Source of the DNA: Takakia lepidozioides
Lineage: Eukaryota > Plantae > Bryophyta
NCBI GenBank assembly: GCA_030704615.1
Contig: CM060733.1
Span: 6,634,001 to 6,698,000 of the forward strand
Length of the DNA stretch: 64,000 nt
Direction: 5' to 3'
The position numbers and the translations under genes are program-made. The notes beneath the pieces were generated by a model, which worked only from the letters and a program-made list of their open reading frames with translations, had not been told where the DNA came from and did no database searches. Shown piece after piece: positions 47,058-59,639 of this stretch (position 1 is its first letter; each line of letters starts with the position of its first letter).

Positions 47058-47995
47058 ATGAGTCTTTGTGCTCCAGAGTGGGATAGAAGTGGCAAAGTAC
47101 TAGATGCGGTCACTCCAACAAACTGTTTTTTTCCTGCGGTGAAAGGAAAAAGGGGATTCTGTCCATCAGAAAAGAGGCCATCTTTTGCACTTGGCCTTCA
47201 TGTAAGTCTTGCTTCTCTGTGTCTTTTTTAGATGGATTGCTTGAATTTATGCCAAGAAGTATACTTTTGTTGAATAGTTTCAATGGAGGATGCTTGAAGT
47301 GCACATGGGCTCTTATTTTTGCACTTCCGGTGATTTTTTCAGGCCGGAGCATGCCTGCGCAAAACCGTCCTGCACTGAGGATGGGCATGTAACAATGTAG
47401 GGCCAAAGCAGCAAAGGGAGTAAATCACAGTGGCAGCTGACCTACTCCCCTCATTGGACCAATGGGCAAGAAACTGAAGAAGTGGTGGCTCGGCCAAAGC
47501 CACCCACCCCTGTCAAGGATTCCATGCTGGAAGCAGTAGTGAATGAGACAGCTACTGGAGCCCCAGCACCCTCTAACAACAATATCCAAGATGATGAAAT
47601 GGTGTCCTGGTTACAATATCCCCTCGATGATTCATTGGAAAGGAACTATTGCTCGGATTTTTTTGGAGAGCTGCCAAGTTCAAACATTGCAGGTCTTGAA
47701 GGATTCGCTTGCTGTTGGCCAGGGAGTAGGCCGAGGTCAGCGGCTGCCTCTACCAACCACTACGGGGAATGAGAATGTACTGAATAGGGCTGAGAGTGCT
47801 GAGGCTGCTATGGCATTAGGAGATGGGCGTGTTGTGGGTCTAACATCACAGGCAGGGGCTGAGGCCTTCACCAAAGTGTGGACCTTGCACCCACCTGTTG
47901 CTAAGGGGCAACCACATGGCCTCACTCCCAGCTCTTCCAAGGGCTTTGGTTTGTACCCAACTTTGGGCCCATCTCCCACAAGAACAGTTCTGTGT
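47058..47995 (+). pseudogene. PIF: Truncated phytochrome-interacting factor (PIF)-like bHLH pseudogene, N-terminal part only
   Basis: MSLCAPEWD start (cf. MNHCVPDW), degenerate APB-like PEH...EDGHVTM*GQSSK with stop at 47398-47400, and DDEMVSWLQYPLDDSLERNYCSDFFGEL. Frameshifts present; no bHLH domain follows. Confidence 0.72.
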
Positions 47996-48359
47996 CCCAG
48001 CACATGTGACTTCCATTGTATCTGTATTGCTCAGTGGCATAGAGGCATGAACATTTCTGTTCCCACAGTTTCTGACAAATTAGACACAGTCAATTGTTCA
48101 CACAGTCTGTTCAATTGTTCACTATTATGTTCACACAGTCAATTGATGGTCTCTTTCAGGATGTCAATCTCACTGATGATGTCCCTAGATATACTTCTGA
48201 ATTGCACCTCACCTTCAATTTTCTGCTGAAAGGATTTGTTGGTTGCTTGCAGATTTCCACTCCTCAATGTCCATGCCGACATGTCAACAACATGCAAGGT
48301 CCTTCCACGCAGTCTCCTAGCTAGGTACACCTATATTGTCATGGTCTCCCATAACTTGT

Positions 48360-51300
48360 GTCCATTATTGAGTATTGTATCCTTCAAAACATCATCTGCT
48401 CGTCTTTGTAGGGTGGTCGATAAAGGGTCTGCACACAGGTAGAGGACTGAATGTAAGGGTTATCTTTTCGGTCTAGGAGCATGATGCTCATGCGTCGCAC
48501 TCCAAAATACTCCAGACCTGTCGTAAACACGGCAAGACGAGTTCTTTCTGCATAGGTCATCCTGTTCACACACCTCGTGAACCAATGGCATTGCACGGGG
48601 TCAATGGAGTGGTGGAAGTTGCAGTGTCGTAGGAAATCTGCCGGCTCAATAGCACAGGTCCCGTTGAACAATACCCTTAGCGTCTCTGGAGTGAGTAGAT
48701 CCAAGCAAGCTCGCATTTCTGATTTTTTTTTGGGAGATGCATTTGCATGCTCGATACCCAGAACAAACCCTTCATGCATGGCAAGGCCTATTTCCCTTCA
48801 ACCCTCAAATAGGTGGCTGTATATTATTGCTCCAACTTTGGATTTCACATCCCTCCCAACTCTCCTCCTTCACTTCAAATTTTCGGAATGTCCACCCAAG
48901 ACCTTCATCAATCTGCTCTGTAGACAGCTTCTTGACCAGGTCTTTAGCATCTTCAATAGATCTGGTCAATTGCTTAAGAAGTGCCCACTTGCTTGGCCAT
49001 CTGAGCCTACAATCTCTCTCTAAATCTGTGCGTAGTTTCTGGTCAACCCCTTTCTCCAGGTTTTGAGACGTTGGCACCTGGTTCAACATTATGAGTAGGG
49101 TTGCATACAAAAAGAAGCGTGGGACCTCAATCATATAAGAGGCCAGCTTGAAGATTAGATGTCTGAGCATGCGGGCCTGCATTTAAGAATTTTTTACTAT
49201 TTTCAGTGGAAATCAATTGAAGGAAATCTACTAATTGTGTTTACTGAAAAACAGACCAATTTTCGAAGAGGAAGATGTGGGCGAAGTGTGAGGCACACCC
49301 AGAGACGCCTGTAGCAGATCAGACTGCTGCAATGCTGCCACAAGCGAGGCCATAGATGCTTGCCCCCTCGAGATTGGGGAGTGCCTACTGATTCCACCTC
49401 TCTTTCTCTCTCTCTCAAACCTTTCCTCTCCCTCTCTCTCCACCAATACAAGGTGGCCCCGAGGAGTCTGGCCAACATGTGAGAGTGGTTAATTAGAGTG
49501 TTGGATTTGAGCAGGGAAAGAGGATTTACAGTGTCTAGTTGCATATCAGGACGCACGACCTCGATATCGAGCTTGACATGTAAAAGTCGTCCTTGCATAT
49601 TGTCCACATATTCAAATATTTGGTTGTAATTCTGGGGCCAAGAATAACACAAAGTTAGTCCAACTTATCCCAAATTATGTCAACTAAAATTGGATACTTA
49701 TTTTTGCTCTGCTGGGCATACATTACAGGTGAAAGGGAATCTCACGTAGTGGATTGACCATAATTGTTTCTATGTATTGGTAAGCCACGCATCTCGCAAC
49801 CCGTCAGCGTCATATGTGTTTGTTTCTGCGATCCCGCTTGCGTGTATGAAATCCACCTTAGGTTTGTACCAGCTTCTTTGGATAACAAGATTCTGCATCA
49901 TTGTTCTGTAAAAGCCTGCAAATCTTTTCCTTGGTGCACCTACAGAATTCCAATGCTTTTTTATGAGAGTTTGTTAAATCATATGCATATACTTGTAGTC
50001 ATATGCATGTGTAATTTTAATCTCCATGACAACAAATCTTTGTGATAGTAAATCTTTTCTTACAGTAAATAACAATGTTGGGCTTTCACAATTCTGGTAA
50101 CAGGGTGGCGGTTTTTTCTGTTATACCTTAATTCGAGTCTCCTGGATCCTGGAGGACCTTAGGTGGTCGTTGTAGGTCTTGAACACTTTCCTCTCTACAT
50201 AGAAGTGTTGATAGGCGAAGAATGCCTCATCCACCTATGACGGGCTTCCAATAAGATTGATTCGTCTTCTTCGGTGAGTTGATGTGCTTGATGGCACATA
50301 ATGTCCAATTGGGATCTTGTAAAAGAGCTGAATGTGGGCATCTCCAAGATTTTGTCCACATCTTCAAGATCTGATGATGGTCCCCTTTCTAGGCCCTTGC
50401 CATAAGCTTCTACAAGAGCCTTTGCTGCTTGTAAGGCATCACACTCTTCAGTTTGGGCAACACATGCCTCAAACTCATCCCATTTTTTCCAATATGGTAG
50501 AGCAACAAATTCGAATTCCCTTCGAATGTCGCTTGGTGCAAACATGGCTAAGGTCTCATCTCTGATCACCTTTGCCAATTCAAGCTCGGTACATCCCATC
50601 CCTCTCTTGGTGTCTTTGCGATTGCATAGCTCCAGACCAATTTGTCTTAGCCCCTCCTCCAGAGACAAATCTCCCCTAACCTTATCTTCGAATGACTTGA
50701 AGGCCATCCAAAATGTTTTAGATCTTCTTTCTTTAGAAACATTGCTGTCACTTTGCAAGCAACCAACCTTGATGTGACGTTCCTCCAAGGCGTCAAAGTA
50801 AGCTTTGCATGAACAGATCCACAACTCTGACAAGGATTCTAGCTTGAAGTCATCATTGGAGTCACTGATGATGATAGGCTGGTTCATAGGTCCATCTTGG
50901 ACCACGTCCTCCAAGTGATCAAACCCATCATTAGGATTTTCAGAGGGGGAGAGAGATGTTGGCGGCCATGTGGGTGACTGGCCTGTGACTGGTCGCTTGT
51001 GGAAGCATTGAGATTCAGTTGTACATAGGGGAATGACGGGGGACCTGTACAAAGTTTTGAGGAATTTAGCACATGTTGTCTTTTGGCAAGTAGCACCTTG
51101 TACATATAGGTCACGCCAGTACACTAACTATATTCACCATGGCAGCCCCTCGTCTTTTACAGATACAGCCCTCAAGGACTTCTCATGTTTCTATTGTAGT
51201 TACATCAGGTGCTTTGCTAAGTTCTCCCCATATTGGATCGGGCCAGTCATTCCGATTCATAAATCAGGAATCAGGAATGGTCAGCAGCAGTTTCTCGCTT

Positions 51301-52771
51301 CCATATTTGATCAATTGCATTTGGATTTGGATTTCTAAAACAGATACTAATACATAATAGATGTGTATGTGATGTGAGAACCTGGATAGGAGGAGGTATC
51401 CGTGCGCGAAGTTTGAGAAGATCTTTCATCAGAGGAGGGAAGTGACGAAGACAATCGAGCTCTTTGATTGGAAGATGCTGGAACACGCAAGAATTGATCA
51501 TCTGGATACATGTAGACATCATCGATGCCTCTTGGCATTGCGGGAGGTCCACCTCCTGTTTTGTCAGAGATTGGTAAGTTTTAAAATGGTCACATAATAT
51601 TTCTGTTCTGCCCAACCATATACTCCCTGAGCTTCTTCCCAACCACGGATGGGGTATGACTAAGTGCCCTCACTTTTGGCACAAGGCTGCAGTTCACTAA
51701 ATTATTGGGGTATATATAGACCACTTCACGACCAGATTGGTAGAGACAGATTCCTTCTTAATGGAGTTTAAACTTCTGTACCTGCAGAATTAATTCAGAG
51801 AGGTATCTACTTGGAAGTTCAATTTCATGAAAATGCATCAAGAATAATGTACCTGTAGAAGGTCCAGCTCGGTATGGGATTGATGTTGGTCCCCTTGATG
51901 ATGACGCAACAAGTGATGAGGGAGGCAATTGTTCTTCATATGGTGAAGGCAGGTCTTCATATGTTGGTCCCCTTGATGTACCATCATCTTCATCATTAGG
52001 CATGTCTCCTTGCAACATTGCAATGTAAGAAGTAACAGCAGCCCTTGGTAGGATGCTAGGCTCTAGGCAATACACCAAATACGTGTTGGATGTAACCGTT
52101 CCAAACAAGCTTCCAAGATTTGCCACAAATAGTAAGAGTGAATAACTCCGTTGTGAACATGCCCCCTCTAGCCTCTTTGATCTCTTGTAGAATATTCCCG
52201 AGTAGGTTGGCCCTGTGGTATGAGCATATCGTGGGACTTGCGCAAATGCATTTGCAATTGCGAACTCCACAGAGGTGGGTGTGAAGGGTGATGGGTACAC
52301 ACAACCAGCCCACCGAGTGTCTCATGATAAACTCACGGCCACTGCTGGAATATCAGATGGCCAAGTAGCCACTGTGGGTACTGTACCACCTTGTTTGCGC
52401 ACCCAAATGGTTCCTCTTGGTAATTGATACACAGTCCGGTTGATGATTTGTGAATGGCGAGTATGTGTAGCACTTGCGGCTGGTCTGCCTCTCAAAGCTC
52501 TCCCAAATTGGGGAGGAAATGCAAATCTTTGCCCACGTCCCTGAAGTGGGGATGGAAACACTGCCACCCTTGGAGGAGGTGTAAATGTTTCGGTCTCTAC
52601 ACTATACCTTGAACCTTGATGACTTGGAGATGCACTGGCGGAGAGATTTGATTGCATTCTTGAAGATTGTCCTTGGCAAGGCAACACCACCCTTTGTGGA
52701 GGAGTGAAGGTATCATCCCCATCTCCTTCATCGTATTGTGAAGAAGGTGGCCATAGGCACCTGTTATCCAT
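48360..52771 (-). pseudogene. Multi-exon divergent HECT-type E3 ubiquitin ligase gene, decayed
   Basis: N-lobe KPKVDF...DADGLRDAWLT (~49870-49775) and MLARLLGATLYW (~49480-49443). C-lobe WFTRCVNRMTYAERTRLAVFTTG...IQSSTCVQTLYRPPYKDEQMMF (48384-48779) retains the catalytic-type Cys. Upstream ORF blocks at 50195-52771 lie on the same strand. Confidence 0.72.
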
Positions 52772-54006
52772 CTTGGAATACTTGTAGGCTGTATTCTCTT
52801 CCTAACATGCATGGAGGCCAGTGTTTAGAAGATACCTATGAGTTCTCACAATCAGATCCTCAGAATTTGATAAATCTTCAAAGGCATGTATATGTTTCTC
52901 TTTCTCTCTCTAATTGCTTAAAGAGGACAACAAGTTCTTAGGAACAAGAGGGCCTGTGAAACTTACAATCCTCTCCACTAGTGTTCACCTGCAACAGGAC
53001 TTTCAAAGGCTGTCTTCCCAGTCCGCTTATAGCCCGATCTAAATAGTTTGCAACCTGCCAAACACCCTCACCTCTAAGAATGCCTAGTTTAAAAAAAATA
53101 AAGTGTGACTCTAAAATTTCACTAGTAGTAGAGAAGGTTGAGGGCCCGATGTCTTCTACGGGGACAATACAATGTCACCATGCCGATGGGGCTTTGGCAC
53201 ATAGATTGTAAGTGACCTTTATGTTTGAAACAACACATTGCTCTATAGTTGTTCTATCTTGAGGTTACAAGGCTACAAATGATTTCAAACCTTAGATCTG
53301 ATAGAATTGAACCATGACAAATGGCTGTTGTTGAATAGATGTCTTCTGTCTCTCTCTTTCTCTCATCGTTCTAATCAATCTGCCATTCGAAAACTGCAAT
53401 GGACTTACATCCACAAAGCTCTTGCTGCAATGAGTATTACAGAAAAGATTCCAACTTACACACTATTTGCTACCTTTGTAGACATGGTGATGAAATTGTA
53501 GTTCAAGAATGTTGTCAAAAGTGTCCAATCTACTATTTGGAAAGGGGAGGGATGAGCAAACATCACAAAACTCTATGTTCCAGCATATTTCAATGTTTTG
53601 GTGAGGCTGTAGTTAAGCAACTGCATGCCTGAAGATTATGGATCCTATAAAAGCTGAGAGACACAAAAGATGGACATATTGTTTGACTTATTTAATCCAA
53701 CCCTCTAGGTTGAAAGAAAGCCCATGCAATGTGTGGACATGATCCATTAAAGGGGAAAGCAACCTGAGTCTGTAAAATGTTTAGCCTTTTATAGGTCGGC
53801 ACTTTGTGAATAGGTAAGGCATTACTCTCATACATGGGAGATCTCTCCTAGTCCTCATGAATAGTGTCTTTATTGGTAGGACGCTCTTTCTAAGAGCCAG
53901 ACCAGAAATGACAGGAAACTACATACTAATACCTAGTTAGCAGGATTGCCTGCCACCTTCTGTCCACATACATGAATAACCTGCTTTTCCTTTTATGTTA
54001 TTGCAG

Positions 54007-57000
54007 CCTACGACAAGCTTTGCATGTTCGGAATACGAGTGCATGCAGGGATTGATGGGGCTTCACACTTTGTGGTGTATGCCAAAGTGGCCCGCGACAA
54101 AACTGCAGGGACAATATTCTCAGGTACATAGTTAAGACTCTATGTACTTTGCACATCTTTTTTGGCCAAGTGAACTAGCTGTAGTTTCCAAATGACAGTG
54201 CACCACTAACGAGCGTATTTGTGGATAGGTTACAGGGAGGCAGTCTCCAAGTACAATGTACCTTTGAGGATTCGATCAGATTTCGCATCAGAACACAACT
54301 TGATCAAAGAGCATATTGAGGGAGCTCGAGCCAATATTAGAAGTCCATTTTTAGCAAGAGCATCCACGCATAATGAGGTGCTATGATGATTAAGTCCCTA
54401 ATGAGGAGAAATGTGCACATTGAATGACGAGAGCAAGTGAAGGGCTGTAAGGTTATCTATATTTAAAATGTGAGAAAAATGGGTGTGCATTCCACTGGTA
54501 GTCCATCAAATTGATTGTAGTTGGTATACTTCAAGAGGGCCTTGATGTTTGGAGGGCTCTTGTGGGGCATAAAGAAGATGAAAACACTGCAGCTTGACAA
54601 ACTGAGATATTCGCAGCTTTGTAGAGTGACATATATGTCCCGCATTGCATAAGAATAATGTCTGCCGAGGGGTGAGGTGAGTACCCCAGCAGTCAACAAG
54701 GTCAGCACCGTGGGGGTTAGCACCATGGTAAGGTTGTCCGTGGAAGTTAGTTTGATAGTTAAAAATTGACAAGGCTTTCCATGACTGTTTTGACATGTAG
54801 CGAATAGAGCACTGGTGGAGGCACTTATGGGAACGAGTGGTTTTCTTCTACAATAATTGTTTCCAACAAATGGAGGTTGATGGCATTCTGAACATGGATG
54901 ACCTATGGCAGCGGGAATCATTTATGTTTGTGTACATCCCGATTGTCCAGGCAGCCGTTGATGAATACGTTGAGACATGGAACCATCACCGAGTGCGAAG
55001 AATCAATGAGAACAATCGTTATCGAGATTCTCATGTCCCTGCGCATAACTTATGGGAGTACGAACTGCTGCACGGGTGTAATACCTTACCCTCCAGAGAA
55101 GCATGTGTTCATTTGTTATTATTGTTATGAACAAGCCCATCCCTAGATCAAATTTTCACATTAGAACATTTGACAAAGTGTAGGGTGAATTCTTGTCCAT
55201 TATGCTGGGAAGCCACTGGATATGGCAGAGTGAGGTGGGCAGTCTTTCAGGCTGCGATAAAGGGGAATGATGGCAATTGACTGCTGGATTGTTGGTGATT
55301 AGTGGAAGGTGGAGCAATGATATTGGGGGATCTGAAACTATGAGAGATGACTCATCGGAAAGGTGTAGAAATATTCCCTAAGTGGCCGGGACATGAGGTA
55401 AATTAGTTAATCTTTCAGAAGCCTGTCCAGGGGCCTCTCTTGGTATAGTGCCACCGAAGTTTTGTAATTTCTCTGTGATCACGCGAGTGTTGGTGCCTGC
55501 CACAGTACGCCCGACTACTGGGTTTTTGATCCTCTTTCATAATAGAGAGGGACACCAACATGCGGGATTAGCAGCATAGTAAATGCAGTATATTGTAGAA
55601 TCAGAGCCAATCATTAGTTCAAGCTAGTGTCACTGATTTATACTCAATTCTTTCTACGTTTTTTCTCCGATTCTCGGAAGAGAGAGAGAGAGAGAGAGAG
55701 AGACCTTGGGAGTGATATTATGGTATGCCCTCTCTTGTAGTAGAGGGCTGCTACTGAGTATATGTTAGCTGGAAATAAAATTTATAATTTGGCTTCTACA
55801 TTTCGTCTTTACCTCTGCTCTCCTTCAACCAACCCTTTGTTATGTCTGTAGTGTATACACATGGGCTGTCCTGGTTTGTTCTTTTTTGTCTATTACTGCA
55901 TACGTCAAGTTTCGAAGTTGTGCAAGGATGTCACTCCATTTCGGATGCAGCCTGTAGCACACCTGCCTCCTGTCTGAATTTCAAGTAAACGACGTTCTGG
56001 GTTCATGGCTGGCAGACAATGGTAGTGCGCCAATAAACACTTGCCCACTTGCATGCTCTTTCTAGAAGTGGACCTCATTGTCTGCCCCAAACCCAAAAAG
56101 ATGGATTCCCTCTGCAGGCCAATGGAGTCCACAACCTGCCAGGGTTGATGGCAGGTGGACTATTGTGATTCCATTGTTTACCTGTCACTTGTGTATGCTC
56201 TTCAAGGAGTGGACTTGTCTGTGAATGTGATGTAGGGGGTCTCTCAATCTTCATGAGCAATGAAGTCCACTGCAGCGAGTGTAGTGCAGCAAAGACATCT
56301 TCTTGTGTCTCTCGACCATGTCTTACTCCTAAGCCACAGTCCTGCGGTTTTTGTTGTCTATAAATGGATACTTTCCCTTTGTATCCTAACGACGGAACAT
56401 AGTGATGAGAGTATTTTGAGGCTGATGTTTTGTAGACACCTGATTTCGGTGACGTGTATGGGAAAGTTTGATTAAGGATTGTGATGAAGACAAGGGCTGC
56501 ATCACCAGTTCAGTTTTGAACCCCGGTAGCAGTAAGTGATATAGCTCATGGGCTAGCAAGATATCCTGTGATTGTTTAGAATGTTGGGTAGATACATCGC
56601 AACGATATGCGATCACATGTGAAGGCCGGCCAAGGACATGTGTAAACAGAAACCCTATCTGCGTCTTCCCTTCCGCTGCAGCGTGGGTAGGGTTAGTGTG
56701 TATCTCTAATCAAGTAACTAATTAGTGGGAATGATATGCAGAGCCCCTTGTTTTCACTCTACAAAAGCTGAAGATGAAGCATGTGTGGTAGAACACATGA
56801 TGGATGTTGATGGTGTTTTTTGGTTGTGTAGGTGGATAGACCATCTCCTCGAGGATCCTTATGCAGGCCTTGAGCACCCTGATGCCATTGGCACACATGA
56901 CCCAAGTCCACGAGGTGGTGATCAACAATGTCGAAGCACGCCTGTGCTGGATGATTTACCAACTACTGGGGCGGAATTAACTTGTGATCTCACCCTCTTG

Positions 57001-57240
57001 AGAGATCGGGCCTATGCAACCCAGGTAGGAAGGCTGCCGCATTCGGTGGCCTGCTTCTCATTCCATTTGTACCTTTCACGGTATTGTTACGAGGCAATGA
57101 CACGACATGTGTACATCGATGAACTTGAGTTGATAGATGACTCTGATGTTAGTAGAGAGGCTTTGCAAGTTTTGGTCGATGTAGCACATGTATGAGAGCA
57201 TCTATGGAAATATATGGCCTCACATGAGAACTTTCTTCAT
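54007..57240 (+). CDS. Intron-containing IS3EU-like DDE integrase/transposase; core exons 54007-54123, 54229-54377, 54801-55075, probable 3' exon 56832-57024; 5' exons degenerate
   Basis: Phase-consistent GT-AG splicing gives AYDKLCMFGIRVHAGIDGASHFVVYAKVARDKTAGTIFS|GYREAVSKYNVPLRIRSDFASEH...STHNE|RIEHWWRHLWE...YIPIVQAAVDEYVETWNHHRVR. This matches the pattern HKL...HGGIDGYSR...GLPSRVRSD.G.EN...S.HNQRIERLW...WN.H. Confidence 0.8.
55679..55703. repeat. (GA)n microsatellite
   Basis: Direct AG run. Confidence 0.9.
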
Positions 57241-58289
57241 GTTTCTTTATGTTTGAGATCCAACACTTGTGACTCCTATCCCTGTCTATTCTATGTAGTT
57301 TTGGTGCATCCAATTAATCACTCGGGATTCTCCACAAGCAAACCCTTCGCACGATGCCTCGCTATCTTTGTATGCCCCACCTTGACCACCGCGACGACAC
57401 TGCTGACTCCTGCTGACACAACATGGATTACGTGGCAGATCAGAATTCGCCCAACCCTTCGCTCAATCTGACCATAAATGAGCTGGAATTTATATTAAAT
57501 AATCCGATCGTTATACGACATGTATACATATACATATATGGATATGGTATGTAGGTATTAGTACCTACCTATTGTAGGTCCTGTCTCACTAAAAAGGATT
57601 TCCTTGAAAGTCTTCACTTCTTTTTCCTAGGTTTAAATGACATAAAAAATCAATTATTGGATAAAACCAAGCTTCTGTCCTCTGATTTGTTTTTTTACTT
57701 AACGAAAGCGTATAACAAGGAATATCCTTGTGAGTATTAGTACAGGGCCAAACAAACAAAAAACAAAACAAAACAAAACAAAATAAGGATAATAGTATGA
57801 AGCGATGAGGCGACCGGGAATTATTATACGTACATTCACAAAAAAAATGACAACCAACAAATTCATCAAGTGCGGTTGCTTAGTCATATGGAAGCCTTTG
57901 CAGAAGAAATAATTGTTTGGCAAATTGTTCGGTATTCGTATGATTTTAGTTGGATCGGAAACTTTGTACGGGCAATTATCATACATGTACATACGTTCAC
58001 AAAAAATATTACAATGAATGAAAATCATCCAGGCATGGAATGATCCGTTCAATACTTGTATGAATTTTGTTGGATGCGAAACTTTGCAAGGGCGAACAGT
58101 CCATGTATACGTACATACAAAAAAAAATGACAACTAACAAAATTGCTCAAAGTGGAGGTTTATAAGACGACTACTCTGCTGTTGTGTGTTTGGCTTATCA
58201 TTTGCATTTTCTAATACTTGTATGGTCTCGTGTAAATGGAAGAGTTATGTTTACGGCTAGTGATCATTCTATTTCACACAAATTTATTT

Positions 58290-58853
58290 ATTTATTTCAC
58301 CTACTACTATCTACGGTTCACAACTTGACCACATTTGGACAAATGCTCCAAACCAACAATGTATATCCAGAAAATCACATGAACAATGAATTGATAATAT
58401 AAGTCTTCTTGATCAAGCCTTCCAATACAAAGTCGCAGGTGGAATAGATGATTGTCGCTGGATCTCTCTCTTCTGAGGACCTTACATTGAAAACACATGT
58501 TGGTGCTCTTCCCTACCATCCTCCGTCAACAAGTGAACTTTTGGGAACCTCGATTTTTGTGGTGCTTCCACTAAACTGCGACTTTAATTTGAATTTATCC
58601 ATGAAATCCAACAGTTGTTGTTTGTTTTTTGCATGGTTATTGTTATTGTCCTTTATTTGTCAACATTAAGATCGCCCAAAATGATAATTGGACAATGTTT
58701 GGGCAAATTTTTAATTAGAGCTTCAAGTTTGTTTAGGAACGTAGAAATTGTACATGAATGAGCTCTATAAACACATACAATATATAATATATATTGAACA
58801 CATGTATGCAACGTGGGATATAATACAATATATATTCTTTGTAGGTCTTTCAC
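58290..58853. mobile_element. Helentron/Helitron-associated AP-endonuclease fragments in both orientations
   Basis: Minus strand reads IVCVYRAHSCTISTFLNKL...CPIIILGDLNVD and LLDFMDKFKLKSQFSGSTTK (58853-58555). Plus strand reads PTTIYGSQLDHIWTNAP (~58295-58350). Confidence 0.62.
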
Positions 58854-59639
58854 CCTAAAGAACCACTATTCCTTGAGCGAATCCTGTGTGATATGAGATA
58901 TTTGTAGTTGGCTCTTATCTTGTGGGCAAATGACTAAATGGTTCCAGAGGTTTTGGCCATTCTAGAGCTGGCAGGATCAAGTGAATGTGTGGCTTGTTGT
59001 CAAACAAACTTATACTAAACAAAATCTAAATTGATTTTGCTTTCTGGTGGCTTGTGGTCGAGCAGGTAATTGTAGCATGGAATGGGCTTGTGATATCAGA
59101 TAACAATACCTTCTCAAGGGATCAATGCACAATGTTAGATGTATTCAACCATTTGCTGTTGTGGCAGATGTACATGACATACGTGCATTAAACAACTCAT
59201 TTATCAGGGGAATTGTTGATTGGCTACAATTGGAGGTCGCCCTTGTCCTATTGTGACAATAAGTCTTGTTCGTACAATTTTACTCTCTTGGTTTCCATCC
59301 AGAGGTCACCAGACTCTACCAAAAGTGCACTGATTTGCACATAAGAGAGACCAGCCCTCTCTCTTCACTCATACCTCTTCATGAGCTAAAGTTGGAGCTC
59401 CCAACAGGCTGCGATGCATTCCCTCGCAGCTCCGTTGTCCAGCTATTCCTCATCTACCCGCAATAGCTGATTTCGGGCCAGAAATACATGGGTTTGATCA
59501 TATCATCTCCAACCTGCAACGCAATGACGGCTATCTTACGCTAGCTTCCCATACGCAGCCCACATTCCTGCAGCTCATCAACTCGGCCTGCAGCTGAAGA
59601 AGACTAGTGTAAGAAGTATGTCATCGACTCTTGCTCGTC

